Source: Selaginella moellendorffii (Eukaryota; Plantae; Lycopodiophyta). From it: a stretch of 64,000 bases of DNA. The stretch covers positions 377,261-441,260 of the forward strand of contig NW_003314312.1 in NCBI RefSeq assembly GCF_000143415.4. Direction: 5' to 3'. Numbering within the stretch: the stretch's first letter is position 1; every line of letters starts with the position of its first letter. Below are positions 1 through 12,200 of the stretch, in pieces. A model generated the notes under the pieces. It was not told the DNA's origin. It made no database searches and saw only the letters and a list, made by a program, of their open reading frames with translations. The position numbers and the translations under genes are program-made.

Positions 1-244
1 TTTATAAAATTTCTTAAACGCTTTTTAATATATTCTTGTTTATTCTACCATCTAATGGTTGATATGAAACCTTTGCTCAGGTTTGCATGTAATAAGATTA
101 ATCTTGATTTATAGATTATAAACATATTGATCAATTAGAATATTTAATAAGCATGTTTGTAATTTATAAACACAATATTTCATATCAACCATTAGATGAT
201 AGAATAAAACAGAATATATTAAAATGGTTAAGAAAGTTTATAAA
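1..244. repeat. AT-rich inverted repeat (MITE/foldback-like), possibly extending beyond the window start
   Basis: 1-69 is an imperfect reverse complement of 178-244 (TTCATATCAACCATTAGATG..AGAATAAA..AGAATATATTAAAA); a partial extra copy lies near 277-300. Confidence 0.6.
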
Positions 245-520
245 TTATAAATACAAGATTAATCTAAATAAATAACAACCGTTAGATGGTAGAATATTCT
301 GAAATATTTAAACATATTCTAAATACCGACAGATTTGCTTAAAAGCAAATTAAAAATATTAATTAAAAATAATACTACTATTAAGCAAATCAAGTGCAAT
401 TCATCAACTTTTTGGGGAGAATTTGCTGTTGCTGCTTTGGTGCGCGTGATTTCGTCACCAAGCAAAGGCTCAGGGCGCACGATTCCAAATGTGTTTCCCG
501 CACTCGAGAATTGCTAGGAT

Positions 521-1800
521 ATGGAAAAGCAACGCGATGTGCGGCGAGAGGTCTTTCTTCGTACCGAATGCCCTACAGACTTCTGGAGCAGCAGAACTGT
601 TTTATTCATTCGCGATGCCTACATCTGCGACGCATCCGCAATCGCCAGGATCGCCGCCGCCGCCTTGCGCAAGCGAGACCCAGTAGCGCAAAGGCTAAAA
701 GGTTTCTTGCACTACACCCAGGTCGCCAAGATCCGGATCAAAGGCATGCTCCCCTGCAATCCCAGGTATGGCTTCGTGTCCGTGAAAGACGACGTCAAGG
801 TGGAGCCTTTCATACCAAACTGTAAGTTTTTGGAAGTAACAAATTTGTCTAGAACAATAGTTCAGGGACTTTTTCCAGGAGGACTGTGGTGGAATCTCTC
901 CAGTGTTTGTGCCAGAGACGGGCTAGCCACACCGAAGGAGCGCGTCGTCTTTGTCACCGCCAACGCCACCGGTTCTACAAGTACATCTCCTGCGAGCAAA
1001 GCTTGCGGGCGCTGGGCGTGCTCATAGAGGAGAGCTTTCGGCCGCTAGCCCCTGCAGACACGGTGTTGCAGACTTCTACAAATGCCCACGTCCGTGCTGG
1101 ACTCGTTTGTCTGCGATGTCACTGCGTATGCCAAGATCAATGCGGCGGCGGCGGCTGGAGAGGATCGCTTCTTGCGCCGGATGGTGGTGAGAGCTGGGCA
1201 GTTCTACAAGCTTTCCCCCACAGAGAGGCTGGACAACGAGTGGAAAGTTTGGGCTGTCAAGCATGGCGACGGCATTCCAAGCGTGGGGGAGCTCGAGAAA
1301 GCTGCCAGGGCGGTGTTTGATCGTGGCGATGGTCAGCTGCAGCGGCTGCTTGAGCCGTCGATGCTGGAGAGCTTTCGAGACTTTGTGTGCTTGGATAAGA
1401 GGGAGTACGACGAGTACCCGGTGGTGGCGAAGCAGCTCGTTATCTTCTGCACCGGGAACTCGGAGTTTTCCGCGAGTTTTTTGGTTGACACTATCAACTA
1501 GAGGCGACTGGTGAGGGTGGTGAAGGATGTCGTTGGTCGTCGCCCAAGTGCCCAGGGACCGGATGTTTGTGTTTCGAGCCTGGGACAGGGACCAAGTATT
1601 CCTTGAGGATCCAACCAGGCCTCATGTCTTTCAAGCGGCTCCGAGTAAGCACGCTTTGGCCGTGGTGGTGATGGGGCTGGGCATGCATTCTTCGTTACGA
1701 TGTTCTCGGCCTATCCAGAGAGACGGCGTCAACCTCTCACACAGCAGGAAGAACGCATCCATCTGAGCGGAGCTCCGGCTCTAGAGCCCAAGACTGGTGG
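521..1800 (+). pseudogene. GC-rich coding-like region of unknown family, probably frameshifted
   Basis: Overlapping ORFs 521-1027, 886-1320 and 1082-1501 in different frames; GTAAG donor at 822; no recognisable motif. Confidence 0.3.
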
Positions 1801-2541
1801 TATCGAGCTCCGGCTCTATCCTCGCTAAGGATAGAGCTGGTACCGAGGCTCCGGCTCTCCAAGGTTGTAGCGGTTCCTTTCGAGCGACCAAGATAGTCGC
1901 GGTGCATTGATTTTTGTTGGCGGAGCATTGTGATCGTTCCCCTCGTATCCCGTATGGACCCCTGTTGAAGTACTTGCCCGCTTCCTCTAAAAACCGAGTG
2001 CAAGTGAAAGCATTTCTTTCACGCTAATGCCCTTGAAGATTGCTGCAGTTGTTGAGCGATCCATTTTCTTGGTTGTAGAGAAACTGCAGACCGGCGTTAC
2101 AATCAGGACGCAAAAAATATTATACCTCTCTCAAGGTACTCTGCTTTGCTTTTTACACAGGACAAGAAAATGAACAACAAAAGCAGACGATTGAGATTAT
2201 AACTTACCCATCTCAGCTTTCACGGACAGTCCACTGCATTATTGACAATCACACAAACCTCGATAACCTCGCCAGCTTTTCTGGATTGCTGTCGTTTGAG
2301 ACTACCTTGGCGCAAGAACAAAGAGCTTTTTTTTAATCATCCTCTGTGTATTCATTCACTCATCTATTGGAATCAAGCGAACTGCAACGATATTTTTATT
2401 TCAATTATTTTGTGTAATATTTAGTGAATAATGATAGGCTACAAGTTTATTGTTTGTTTAGGCAGCATCTAAGTTGCTGCCGATATGCTCAATCACGCTC
2501 TCATAGTTGCAAAGCTAGTTTTAAATACTACAACGAGATTC

Positions 2542-3423
2542 TCATTCTAGGCTCTCAAAGAACCTTTTCCATCCGACATAAACGCCCTCTACAACGAGTG
2601 CCGTGAGATCTGCGGGGTCGCAGGATAATCTAGCCCTCTCAAAGCACCTCGAGTAGACATCCTTCTCCACGAACGGCGGCTCCACCCCACTCGACTTATC
2701 CACAAACAAAACATTAGGAGCCAAGATGGTGATGCTTCTCAGTACGTGCGCCAGCATTATCCTTCCCGTCCTTCCGTTGCCATCCTCAAAGGGATGGATG
2801 GACTCGTACTCCCAGAAGAAGCGCCCGGCAAACTTGACAAGGCGCTCCACCCGCTCCAAACCTCTGGGCATCGCAAAGATGTCCCGCAGCTCCTTGTTGG
2901 ATCGATTCATCAGCACGATGAGGGCGCTCTTGATCTTGTCCGGCTCCAGGAAGTAGTGCTTGTGACCATCAATTGTGTACATGTACACTCGCTCACCTCG
3001 CATCCTTCCAGCGATCTCGGGATCCACAGTCTCGAGCATGCACTTGTGGGACTCGAGCAGCTTCTTGATGCCCAGCCCGGGCATCTCTCGCTCGGTGGCG
3101 GACGCCGGGAACCAAGCTCGCAATGCCCGGTGGAGGCAAGAGACATGCTCCAGCCGGTCATCGTCCTGTTTCCAGCCGCCCTCCTCCTCTTGCAAAGCTC
3201 CATTCGCGATGGCCCGCTGCGTCTCTTCCAGCGTCTCAAACCCCTCGCCCTCGATGTGGTTGACTTGGTAGAGAAACTCCGCCATAGCCTTGGGGGCGTG
3301 CTCGGCCGCCGCCCAGGCTTTCTTTTCAGGCGCAAGAGACTCGTACCACCTGACAAAACCGTCAATCTCGACCACCATCTGCCTCACGCTCGGTCCACCA
3401 CTCCTCCAAAACGGAAGCTCCAT
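2542..3423 (-). CDS. Fic (Fido) domain protein, putative AMP-transferase, intronless
   Basis: 293-aa ORF with intact Fic motif HPFEDGNGRTGR and N-terminal VNHIEG resembling the (S/T)xxxE(G/N) inhibitory helix. Confidence 0.9.
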   Translation of the reverse strand: MELPFWRSGGPSVRQMVVEIDGFVRWYESLAPEKKAWAAAEHAPKAMAEFLYQVNHIEGEGFETLEETQRAIANGALQEEEGGWKQDDDRLEHVSCLHRALRAWFPASATEREMPGLGIKKLLESHKCMLETVDPEIAGRMRGERVYMYTIDGHKHYFLEPDKIKSALIVLMNRSNKELRDIFAMPRGLERVERLVKFAGRFFWEYESIHPFEDGNGRTGRIMLAHVLRSITILAPNVLFVDKSSGVEPPFVEKDVYSRCFERARLSCDPADLTALVVEGVYVGWKRFFESLE

Positions 3424-3479
3424 GTCACAAAGAAAGGGAACCCTAAACCGCTTATAGAGCGCAAAAAGGTGGCAGGCAC

Positions 3480-4685
3480 TTAAATATTCAAAGGATATTC
3501 TTTATACCCATAGTGAATGACAGCCTCTCCTCGCATTAAAACACGCATACTCTCCCACTTGACTTGCAAATCAAGCCTACCACCACGCTCAGATACCTGG
3601 ATTTGTTCAACATTAGCGATTGTTTCAGCATTTTCCAGTGTTGTTCTTACTTGACAAGCCGAGAGCGTGTTCTTGAGCAGCTTCTTCGCCCAGTATGGAG
3701 CTAATGCGCAGTGAGCACTTCCACAAACTGGATCCTGCGAGCAAAACGCTGTTTACTAAAGAGAACGGAAAACTTCTCTTGTGCGAAGAGCACGATGTTG
3801 ATGCTGTACCTCGTTGATGGCAAATCTCGGAGCAAAAAACCGCGAAACAAAATCATACGCTGAATGAGCGCTGGCTTTTGCTGTCACGAGAAGTCCAAAA
3901 TCAGAGCAAGCCGAAACCTCGTCGAAGTCTGGTTTTAAGCCCCGTACGTGCTCTTCGGACGAGAGCTCTAGCTGGAAAAATAGCGACAAACAAACACATT
4001 GTTGATACGTATCAGGAAAGAAGTCTTTACTTGCAATGAGATCTCCCCGTCCAGACGTTGAAACGGCGACAACCGAGGCACCACCCAGAGTTTCAGTCAA
4101 GACGAAGTTGGAATTGTCGCAAGGAGAAGTTGTCATGACGGGAAAATCCAGCTCCACTTGGAAACTTTCACTGGACGACGTCCCGATCTTGCGAGCGGGC
4201 AACACTCCAGACTTTGTATTGAATCGAATCAAGTCGCCCTTCACAGCCTTTGTAGCAAAGAGGTAATAAGCCGAGGCCAAAGTTCCATGACCGCATAGAG
4301 ACACCTATAGGAAAGAAAAGAGTTAAAAGCACAATGATAAGCTTGATCTAAAGTTACCTCGCATCGAGGAGAAAACCAACGAAGCTCATAGTCGAAAGGG
4401 GAAATCTCTTCCTCGCTGCTGTTCTTCACAAGGAACGCTGTCTGGGAGACATTGAGCTCCGTCGCTACGCGCTGCATCCACATGGGATCAGCTTCACAGG
4501 AGAGAACGCAAACCGCCGCTGGATTCCCTCTCAAACCCTCGCCAGTGAATGCATCCACCTGATCAGAGAGAGAGAGAGAGGAGAAGGAAGAAGAGGAGAT
4601 AATCCACCGAAATTTCGATCGAGCGGTAGCTTACCATCACGCATTGGATGCCGCTGCCGAGATCGGAGGACTCCGCGGGCGCCAT
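3480..4685 (-). CDS. PhzC/PhzF-like (DAP-epimerase fold) protein, multi-exon
   Basis: Exons VDAFT..GNPAAVC, LRWFSP..E, LCGHGTLA, DFVSRFFAP..INE|DPVCGSAHCAL, SERGG; ATG 4685, stop 3480-3482; short GT-AG introns. Confidence 0.88.
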
Positions 4686-5283
4686 AGCTAGATCGACAAG
4701 AAATTCAAAGAACTTGGCGCTGCTCTTGCGCCGATCTGGAAATCCGGTGCTTGCGCTCCTCGCGGAGAAAGAAATTAGGGCAGAATCATTCTTATCCCTC
4801 CTTTTTGACTTTTTTTAACTGAAGAGATAAAAGAGTTAAAGCAGATTTATTCTTTTGCCCCTTTTCCCTTTGTTTCACTTTGAATTTTGAAAAGCTTTCG
4901 CACCGGACAAAACGACAGCACAGCTGGAGCGTATCTTATCGTATCCAAACCGTATGCTGGAAGAACATACGCTTTTGCACGAAGCACACAGCAGCCACTC
5001 AACGCCTCTCCTTCGCCAGACCTTCCTCATCTCAATCCGAGAAAACTAGGAAAAATTCCACTGCCATCACATTTCCTCGTTGATCCTAGCACAGATCCGA
5101 GAGAACTACGAAGAAACCAGAGAAAGAGCTCCTAAATTCCTCCAGATCTCTCATCCGAGAGAAAGAAGCACACGAATGTGAACGAAAGAATAGGAGTCTT
5201 TTAGATGTACAGGCGAAAATTCGGTCTTCCATCGATGGAAGAACTTAAAATTCTTGATCGATCGATCGATCGCAATGAGCTAC

Positions 5284-6061
5284 TCACGAGCACAAGCTTG
5301 ATCCCTGGAGAACATCCGTGACAATCGCGTAGGCCGAGCGAGGAGGGGGCGAGCTGGATCGCAGAGCCACGCCCGGTGGATCCAAATGGCTCGTCCCAAA
5401 TCCAAACGCGTGAAGCCCATCCGGGTGATGGACGCTCGCTTGGCGATGCAATCGCTGCAGCTGGCGGCCGAGCTCCGACGCTTGCAAGCGAAGGAGCTGG
5501 TTGTCATGGCTGATCTGCGAGAACTGCTGCGATGCCACGCTCAGCTTGCCAAGAATGTGGCTGTTCTGCGCCCGCAGATCCAGTAGCTGGGATCGCAGCT
5601 CCTCCATATGCTGCTGCTTCCTCAGCCTCGATCGACGCGCGGACTCGCGGTTGGAGAGCATTCGCTTTTGCTTCTTGTCGTCCACGCCCCGGAGCTGCTG
5701 GTCCTCTTCCGAGGTGGAGGTCGACGGAGGAACAAAGTGATCCAGAGCTGGAAGAGCCGGACCGGGAGCGAAATCCCTCTCTGGGCCTGGAACATTGATC
5801 ACTCTCGATCAGAGCTTGTAAAAACAGTGGATCTTTCTTACCCCCGGCTGGGAATTTGGGCACGCGATCGACGCTCTTCCAATTCGCTGCGCCGAGATCT
5901 TGGATCTGACCTAGGCTCTGCTGCTGGACCTCCAATCTCCACAATGGGGCAAACAGATCATCCACCGACGGCGTCCTCGGCAGCACCGATTCCTTGCTAG
6001 ATCCAGCGCCGCCGGCGTAGATCCCCGCAACGCCAGCCTCGGCATCGTCCCAAGCGCCCAT
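5284..6061 (-). CDS. bZIP transcription factor (C/S-group-like), two exons, intron 5787-5841
   Basis: KKQKRMLSNRESARRSRLRKQQH plus leucine zipper; a 55-nt GTAAG..CCAG intron joins ORF 5504-6061 in frame to ORF 5284-5802. Confidence 0.88.
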
Positions 6062-6564
6062 TCTTCTTGCGTGAAAATGTGGACAAAAGCGAAGATTAGG
6101 GTTCTTGTAGCTAGCGCTTTTGTGGACAGGTGGACGTCGCGCAGCCGTCGGTTAATGGACGGCTGTAGAATGGATGGGGTTGTCGTGGTTGCGTGGCCGA
6201 ATCGCGGCCGTTGGAGTGGTGGCGTACCCAACTGACAGCACTTATCCACTCCTCACCTTTTGGATCGTCCATGTGGAATGGATCCAATTAATTTCTCTGG
6301 ATACTTGTTGCCTTGCTATGGATTCTTATTAAACTTTATTTAATCGCGTTCGCCGTGGTTTCGTCTATAGATGGGATTCCTTTAGCAAGCCCGCCAGCCA
6401 ATGGGAGGCATTTTTTACGGGGAACCAAAAAGATGCCCTTCGCCGGCATTTGCGTCGCGATAGTTACACAAAGTCTTAGTCAATAGTAGGCAACAACGAT
6501 TTTTAAACCAACGAAGATTCCATGGCAAAGATACCTGCAAAAAAACGTGTAGAATTCAACCTTT

Positions 6565-8466
6565 TCAATTCCACTGGCATATGCTTTCCACTTGAAAAGA
6601 ACTGACGACTTTTGTTTGTATGCTTGAGGACAAAATGTAGGCAGCTCCATGCCTTGGGTCAATGCTTATCAGCTTGTCTACAGCTAATCTAGCATAATCT
6701 ATCGCATCTTCATGGTTTTTGCAAGATCCAAGAAAGCACACCCAGTCTACAGTGTCTGGAACAAAGGGCATTGTGTTTATAAGGCCCAGAGCATCATCTA
6801 GATATCCAGATCTTCCAAGCAAATCGATCATACAAGCATAGTGTTGTTTCGTTGGATTGTGAAGATAATCTTGTCTCATAGAAGAAAAGCAGCATTTCCC
6901 AGTGTAGAGCTCTCCATCGTGACTGCAAGTGATTAGCATCGAAACAAAGCAAGTCTCTTCAGGATCAATCACTAGCTTCATCTCCAAAAACATTCTTTTG
7001 GCATCTTCGGTATGCCCTTTCTGGGCATATGCGGCAAGCATAGCACTACAAAGAACTGCGTCTTGCAGTGGAATCCCATCAAACATCCTTTTTGCTAATC
7101 TAATTTCTCCATTTTGAGTAAACCCACCTAGCATACAGGTCCAAGACACTAGATTTTGCTGTGGCAACTCATCAAAAACTCGCTTTGCTGAAAAAACATG
7201 CCCACATTGGGCATATGCCGTAAGCATACAAGTTGCCGAAATTATATTCCTCTGGGGCATCTGCTTGTGCATCTGCTCGGCCTCGTCGACGTGGCCGTTC
7301 AAAGCATATGTTGCCACGATGGCATTCCACGTCACCAGATTCCTTTGGGGCATCTCATCAAACAGCCGCTTTGCTTTCTCCACATGCCCCTTGTGGGCGT
7401 ACCCAGTCAGCAGGGAGTTCAACGTAACCACGTCGTGGCGTCGCATGGACTCAAAGATTCGCTCGGCATCTCCTAGATGCCCACTCTGGGCATATGCCGC
7501 GACAATAGCGTTGCAGGATACTAGGGACTTCTCTGGCATTGTGTGAAAAAGATTCTTTGCTCGGTCCAAATCCCCGTGCTGGATATACGCTGCCACCATG
7601 GAGTTCCACGTCACTGTGTTCCAGCTTGGCATAGAATCAAACATTGACTTTGCGCGGAAAAGGTGCCCATTTTGGGCATATACCGCAATGGCGGCATTCC
7701 AAAGAACACCGTCCCACTCGGGCACCTGTACGATTATGAGATCCATTTCTTCGATTTGGCCACTGCTTCCGTAGGATTTAAGCATTGATGCCCAAGAGAA
7801 GAGATCTCTCTCCGGCATCGTATCAAATGTGTTCTTGGCTTCCTCCAAATGCCCATTTCGCGAGAATGCCGCGAGGATCGAATTCCAGGAGACGATGTCT
7901 TGGGTGGGCATGATCTCGAAAATGTGCCTGGATCGATCGAGCTCTCCGTTCTTGCAAGCGCAATCCAGGAAGGAATTCCAGGAGACGAGGTCCCAGGCGG
8001 GCATCTCGGTGAAGAAGCGCTGTGCTCGATCGATCTCGCCGCTGTGAGCGTAGGCCGCGAGCATCGAGTTCCAGGAGATGAGATCGCGCTGCGGCATTGC
8101 AGCGAAGATTTTGATGGACTCCTCGATTTGCTCCTTGCTGGAGAATGCCGCCAGCATCGCGTTGTGCGAGGCGAGGAATGGATTGGGCATCTCGCGGAAG
8201 ACAATTCGCGCCTCTTCCACGAACCCATTCCGGGAGTAGGCATGGAGCATGAGCATCCAGGAGAAATCATCGCGCCGCGCGAGGGCGTCGAAGATCTCTC
8301 GGGCATGATCCACCCGTCCAAATCTACCATACACCTCGAGCAGCTTGTTGGAGACGAATCCCTCGCGCGGAAGATCGAGACGAGATTGGAGGAGAGAATG
8401 CGCTCTCTTCACATCGTTGATCGATCGGCAAGATTGGATGAGCTCTACGCATTCCTGGTGTCTCAT
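6565..8466 (-). CDS. PLS-class PPR protein, mostly 31-aa (S/SS-type) repeats, E-like C-terminus, no DYW
   Basis: 633-aa intronless ORF of tandem 'FDxMPxRDLVSWNSMLAAYAxxG' repeats; HYACMIDLLGRSG tail. Confidence 0.92.
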   Translation of the reverse strand: MRHQECVELIQSCRSINDVKRAHSLLQSRLDLPREGFVSNKLLEVYGRFGRVDHAREIFDALARRDDFSWMLMLHAYSRNGFVEEARIVFREMPNPFLASHNAMLAAFSSKEQIEESIKIFAAMPQRDLISWNSMLAAYAHSGEIDRAQRFFTEMPAWDLVSWNSFLDCACKNGELDRSRHIFEIMPTQDIVSWNSILAAFSRNGHLEEAKNTFDTMPERDLFSWASMLKSYGSSGQIEEMDLIIVQVPEWDGVLWNAAIAVYAQNGHLFRAKSMFDSMPSWNTVTWNSMVAAYIQHGDLDRAKNLFHTMPEKSLVSCNAIVAAYAQSGHLGDAERIFESMRRHDVVTLNSLLTGYAHKGHVEKAKRLFDEMPQRNLVTWNAIVATYALNGHVDEAEQMHKQMPQRNIISATCMLTAYAQCGHVFSAKRVFDELPQQNLVSWTCMLGGFTQNGEIRLAKRMFDGIPLQDAVLCSAMLAAYAQKGHTEDAKRMFLEMKLVIDPEETCFVSMLITCSHDGELYTGKCCFSSMRQDYLHNPTKQHYACMIDLLGRSGYLDDALGLINTMPFVPDTVDWVCFLGSCKNHEDAIDYARLAVDKLISIDPRHGAAYILSSSIQTKVVSSFQVESICQWN

Positions 8467-8768
8467 CCAAGAACACGAAAAGTATTATCGTTAATCTAAT
8501 CTTAACTTTCAAAGCAAGGGGTTGTAGCTCAAATGGTAGAGCGATATAGCCATAGGTAGGTGGATCGATACCCATTTTTTCTTCCTTTAAGATTTTTCTA
8601 ATCCTCTATTATTTAATTTTATGTTGAACTATTCTTAATTTTCAAAGCAAAGAGATGTAGCTCAAATTAGAGCGATGGTCGACGATAGACATATCTCCAT
8701 TTTCTTTTTCCTTAGATTTTAGTAATCCTCTATTATTTTATGTTAATCTATTCTTAATTTTCAAGCAA

Positions 8769-8842
8769 GGGGATGTAGCTCAAATGGTAGAGCGATGGTC
8801 GACGATAGACATAGGTAGGAGGATCGATACCTCCCATCTCCA
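8769..8842 (+). ncRNA. tRNA-Ala-like RNA (74 nt) with non-canonical anticodon arm
   Basis: GGGGATG/CATCTCC-A acceptor with G3:U70; A-box TAGCTCAAATGG; T-arm GGAGG-ATCGATA-CCTCC; anticodon arm ATGGTCGACGATAGACAT. Confidence 0.7.
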
Positions 8843-8913
8843 TTTTCTTTTTCCCTTAAGATTTTTCTAATCCTCTATTATTTTATGTTAATTCATTCTT
8901 AATTTTCAAGCAA

Positions 8914-8987
8914 GGGGATGTAACTCAAATGGTAGAGCGATGGTCGACGATAGACATAGGTAGGAGGATCGATGCCTCCCATCTCCA
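8914..8987 (+). ncRNA. tRNA-Ala-like RNA copy with a D-stem mismatch
   Basis: As 8769 copy except TAACTC in the D-stem and GATG in the T-loop. Confidence 0.55.
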
Positions 8988-9058
8988 TTTTCTTTTTCCC
9001 TTAAGATTTTTCTAATCCTCTATTATTTTATGTTAATTCATTCTTAATTTTCAAGCAA

Positions 9059-9132
9059 GGGGATGTAGCTCAAATTGTAGAGCAATGTCGGACGATCGGC
9101 GTAGGTAGGAGGATCGATACCTCCCATCTCCA
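9059..9132 (+). ncRNA. tRNA-Ala-like RNA copy
   Basis: Same cloverleaf; anticodon arm ATGTCG-GACGAT-CGGCGT. Confidence 0.6.
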
Positions 9133-9290
9133 TTTTCTTTTTCCTTTAAGATTTATTCTAATCCTCTATTATTTAAATTTATGTTAATCTATTCTTAATT
9201 TTCAAAGCAAGGTCGGACGATCGGAGGATCGATACCTCCCATCTCCATTTTTTTATTTTGGAAAGGTTTTAGGGCTACTTGTTATCGCGA

Positions 9291-12200
9291 ATGGCTTTGG
9301 CTCTCGGCTATGGCGCCATGCCATTGCCGAGGCGCTGCTGCTTCAATGCCGCCTCTTCTTCTTTCAATCGGTGAGCTGAGATGTCAATCTCTTGTGTAGC
9401 ACTGAGCATTTGAGCTGAATCGGATTGCGCATTTCATGGATTGAGCGTTCGTTGCGCAGGGTTTTGGTCGTGAGAGCTGCTGCGCGAATGAGCGCTGCGC
9501 AAGAGACTCTCGAGGTGCTGGAATGGAAGAGACTGTCCAGTGCTGTTTCGAGTTTTGCTAGCACTGCGCTGGGAAGGCAACGCCTCCAGGTTCATTGAAG
9601 AAATTTTCTAGCTTTTGCTGATACTTTGAGGCGTGCGTTCTCTCCAGGTTCTCGAACTGCCCAGCACTGAGAGTGCCAGTGAGATGCTTCTCTCGGAGAC
9701 TCATGGCGCATTGGAGTTTGAAGCTCTTCGTGGGAATTCTTGTGACCTTGGAGCAATCCAAACAGATGTGGTAACACAAAGTTTGATACGATTGCTGTAG
9801 GAATTATTTTTCTTCTTCCCTGCAGGTTAAAGTTGGATTGACTCGTGCTAGCAAAGGAGTTGCTCTATCGGGCAGAGAAGCTGCTGCCCTTGCCGCTATG
9901 CTTGAAGCAGCTCGTTCTCTCAGGCATGCTGCTTTCTCTTCGTTTCAAGAAAACAAGGAGAAACAAGAGATTTTGCGTCCTATCTATGATATGGTAAGCA
10001 TGGACACACTTTTCTACAAGCTAACTGCGATGTTTTGCTTGTCAGCTTTGCTCCATTGATGCCGACGTTGATACTACAAAGACGATCTGGAACGCTGTTA
10101 ACGACGATGGTTCGGTGAAAGATTCAGCGGTATAATGATTGAACTAGTGTTCCTTGCTGCTGACGTTTATATTGCAGAGCCCCGAGCTACGAACTGCGAG
10201 AATGGAACAAGCCTCGTGCGAGAGAAAGGTACTACTGAGTGAATGCTTTTGGATACCGTGGAGAGGATGTATGATTTATAATAGCTTCAAGAGCTTATGA
10301 CGAGGATTGTCATCGACAGGCTTGCTGGCGATCCTAATGGTCAGGTTTGTTTATTACGCTGTCTTCAGAAGGTGAAAATCATGTTGAATGTTATCAGGTT
10401 GCCAGCCTTGATGGAAGGCTTTGCGTGGCAGTTTCTACTGAAAACAGTTCGAAAGTGCCAGGTCTACTCTTGCAAAGGTAATCTTGTCTTTGCAACGACT
10501 GCTTTCCATATCACATCTTTTGCAGTTCTGCCGGAGGATTAGTTTCCTACGTAGAACCTTCTGCAGCTGTTGCATTAAACAACAGTTTGTCGCAGGCTAG
10601 AGCAGATGCTGCTCAAGCTGAATACCGTGTTCTGGATGATCTCACGACCAAGGTCTTTCCTCCTTGCATCCCCGCTCTCGCTATAGCTTCCTGAGTCTGG
10701 TTTTGTGGATACTTCAGTTGAGACCTTCTCTCAGCAATTTTTCTTTCACATTGGATATTGTTGCAGATTTTGATGTGGTAAGCTTCACTGCCTTGTTATC
10801 CTTAACTTGTTGGATCTGTGTAGGTGCTGGCTCGTGGAAGATACAGCTCTTCTATTGGAGCGACCAGACCTTCATTTGTACACGCGGAAAGAGACGAATC
10901 GGAGAGTACATTGGACGAGTTTCTAGTTCTTTTGGAAGGGGCCAGACATCCTCTGTTACTAGAACAACACCGTGGAAACTTACGTGAAGCGAAAGTAAAA
11001 CTGAACACGAAACGGAAGGTTGACATATGTGCCTTTCATTTTGCACACTCACCACAAAGCTTCTCCAGATTCTTAACAGGATGAAGTCACGGGCTTTCAC
11101 CAGTGCTCAGGACTATCAAGCGGCAGAGGAAGCTATTACCAAAGCTGAAGAAGAAGTAATCATCGATTTCAGATGCTGTCTCTAACTTTTACATTCAATC
11201 AGCTAGGTTGCAGAGCTGGAGGCCTCCGCACCCGTTCCCATTGACTTCCTTATCAAGAGAGAAACAAAAGTTGTCACCATTACTGGACCGAATACGGGAG
11301 GCAAAACTGCTGCTATCAAAACGCTTGGATTAGCTGTGCTAATGGCCAGAGCAGGTAAGCTTCAGTGTTTATGCCTATTGTTCCTTAGAAAAATTCCTTT
11401 TTGCAGGACTTTACGTTTTAGCCAAAGAACCAGCTCTAATTCCATGGGTTGATAGAGTTCTTGCTGATATAGGAGATCAACAATCGTTAAGCCAGTCTTT
11501 ATCAACGTTCTCCGGACATTTGCTCAGAATCAAGGTGTGTATGGGAAGGCGGCCAGAGTTTTTCGAGCTTACACATTTTTGCAGCGGATCAAAGAGGAGT
11601 CAACGAGCTCTTCTCTAGTTCTTTTGGACGAGGTCGGTTTGCTGCAACATTTAGCAAGTGCTGGATAAATGTTCGAAGGTTTTGCAGGTTGGAACTGGTA
11701 CAGACTTTGTGGAAGGCGCGGCTTTAGGAATGGCAATGCTGGAGTCATTTGCAGCTGGTAGTCTTCTCACTTTGGCCACAACACATCATGGAGAACTCAA
11801 GATGCTCAAATATAGGCAAGTGCTATTCAACAGGCATTTTATAAGCGCCTCAGTTGTGGTTTTTACTTTTGTTACAGTGATGATAGATTCGAGAATGCAT
11901 CAGTCGAGTTCGACGAAGAGAAGCTCAAACCAACTTACCGACTTCTTTGGGGGCTTCCAGGTGAATAGTAGTAACTCATGGAGCGTGTAGTATCATACTG
12001 TTTGGTTTGCAGGACGTTCGAATGCTCTAAACATTGCAGCACGGCTGGGCCTGCCCGAAGAAATCATAATGGAGGCCCGAAGCTTGCACGGAGCAGCCAA
12101 TGCCGAGTTAAACGAGGTATGGTCCCAGAGTTTGGAGGTGAAAATCCGCAAGTTTTACGTGTAAACTCCAGGTGATCATGACGCTGGAACAAGCTCGGCA

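Larger units (their letters stand above)
8490..9255 (+). repeat. Tandem array (~145-bp unit, 6 units) of tRNA-Ala-derived genes
   Basis: Units start at 8518, 8651, 8769, 8914, 9059, 9211; each has an AT-rich leader ending in CAA and a T-rich trailer; units 1, 2 and 6 carry internal deletions. Confidence 0.9.

Noticed and set aside
2746-3483. Long antisense ORFs over Fic, PPR and OEP24
   Set aside because: Shadow ORFs of GC-rich coding sequence with no motifs.
5911-6249. Conserved sucrose-responsive uORF of S1 bZIPs
   Set aside because: Starts at GTG, overlaps the main ORF, and only vaguely resembles the known peptide.
8769-8842. Canonical tRNA-Ala or tRNA-Ser(CGA)
   Set aside because: 18-nt anticodon arm without U33 or a standard 7-nt loop; no long variable arm for Ser.
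8490-9255. CRISPR-like array
   Set aside because: Whole units repeat with no unique spacers; eukaryotic context and no cas genes.
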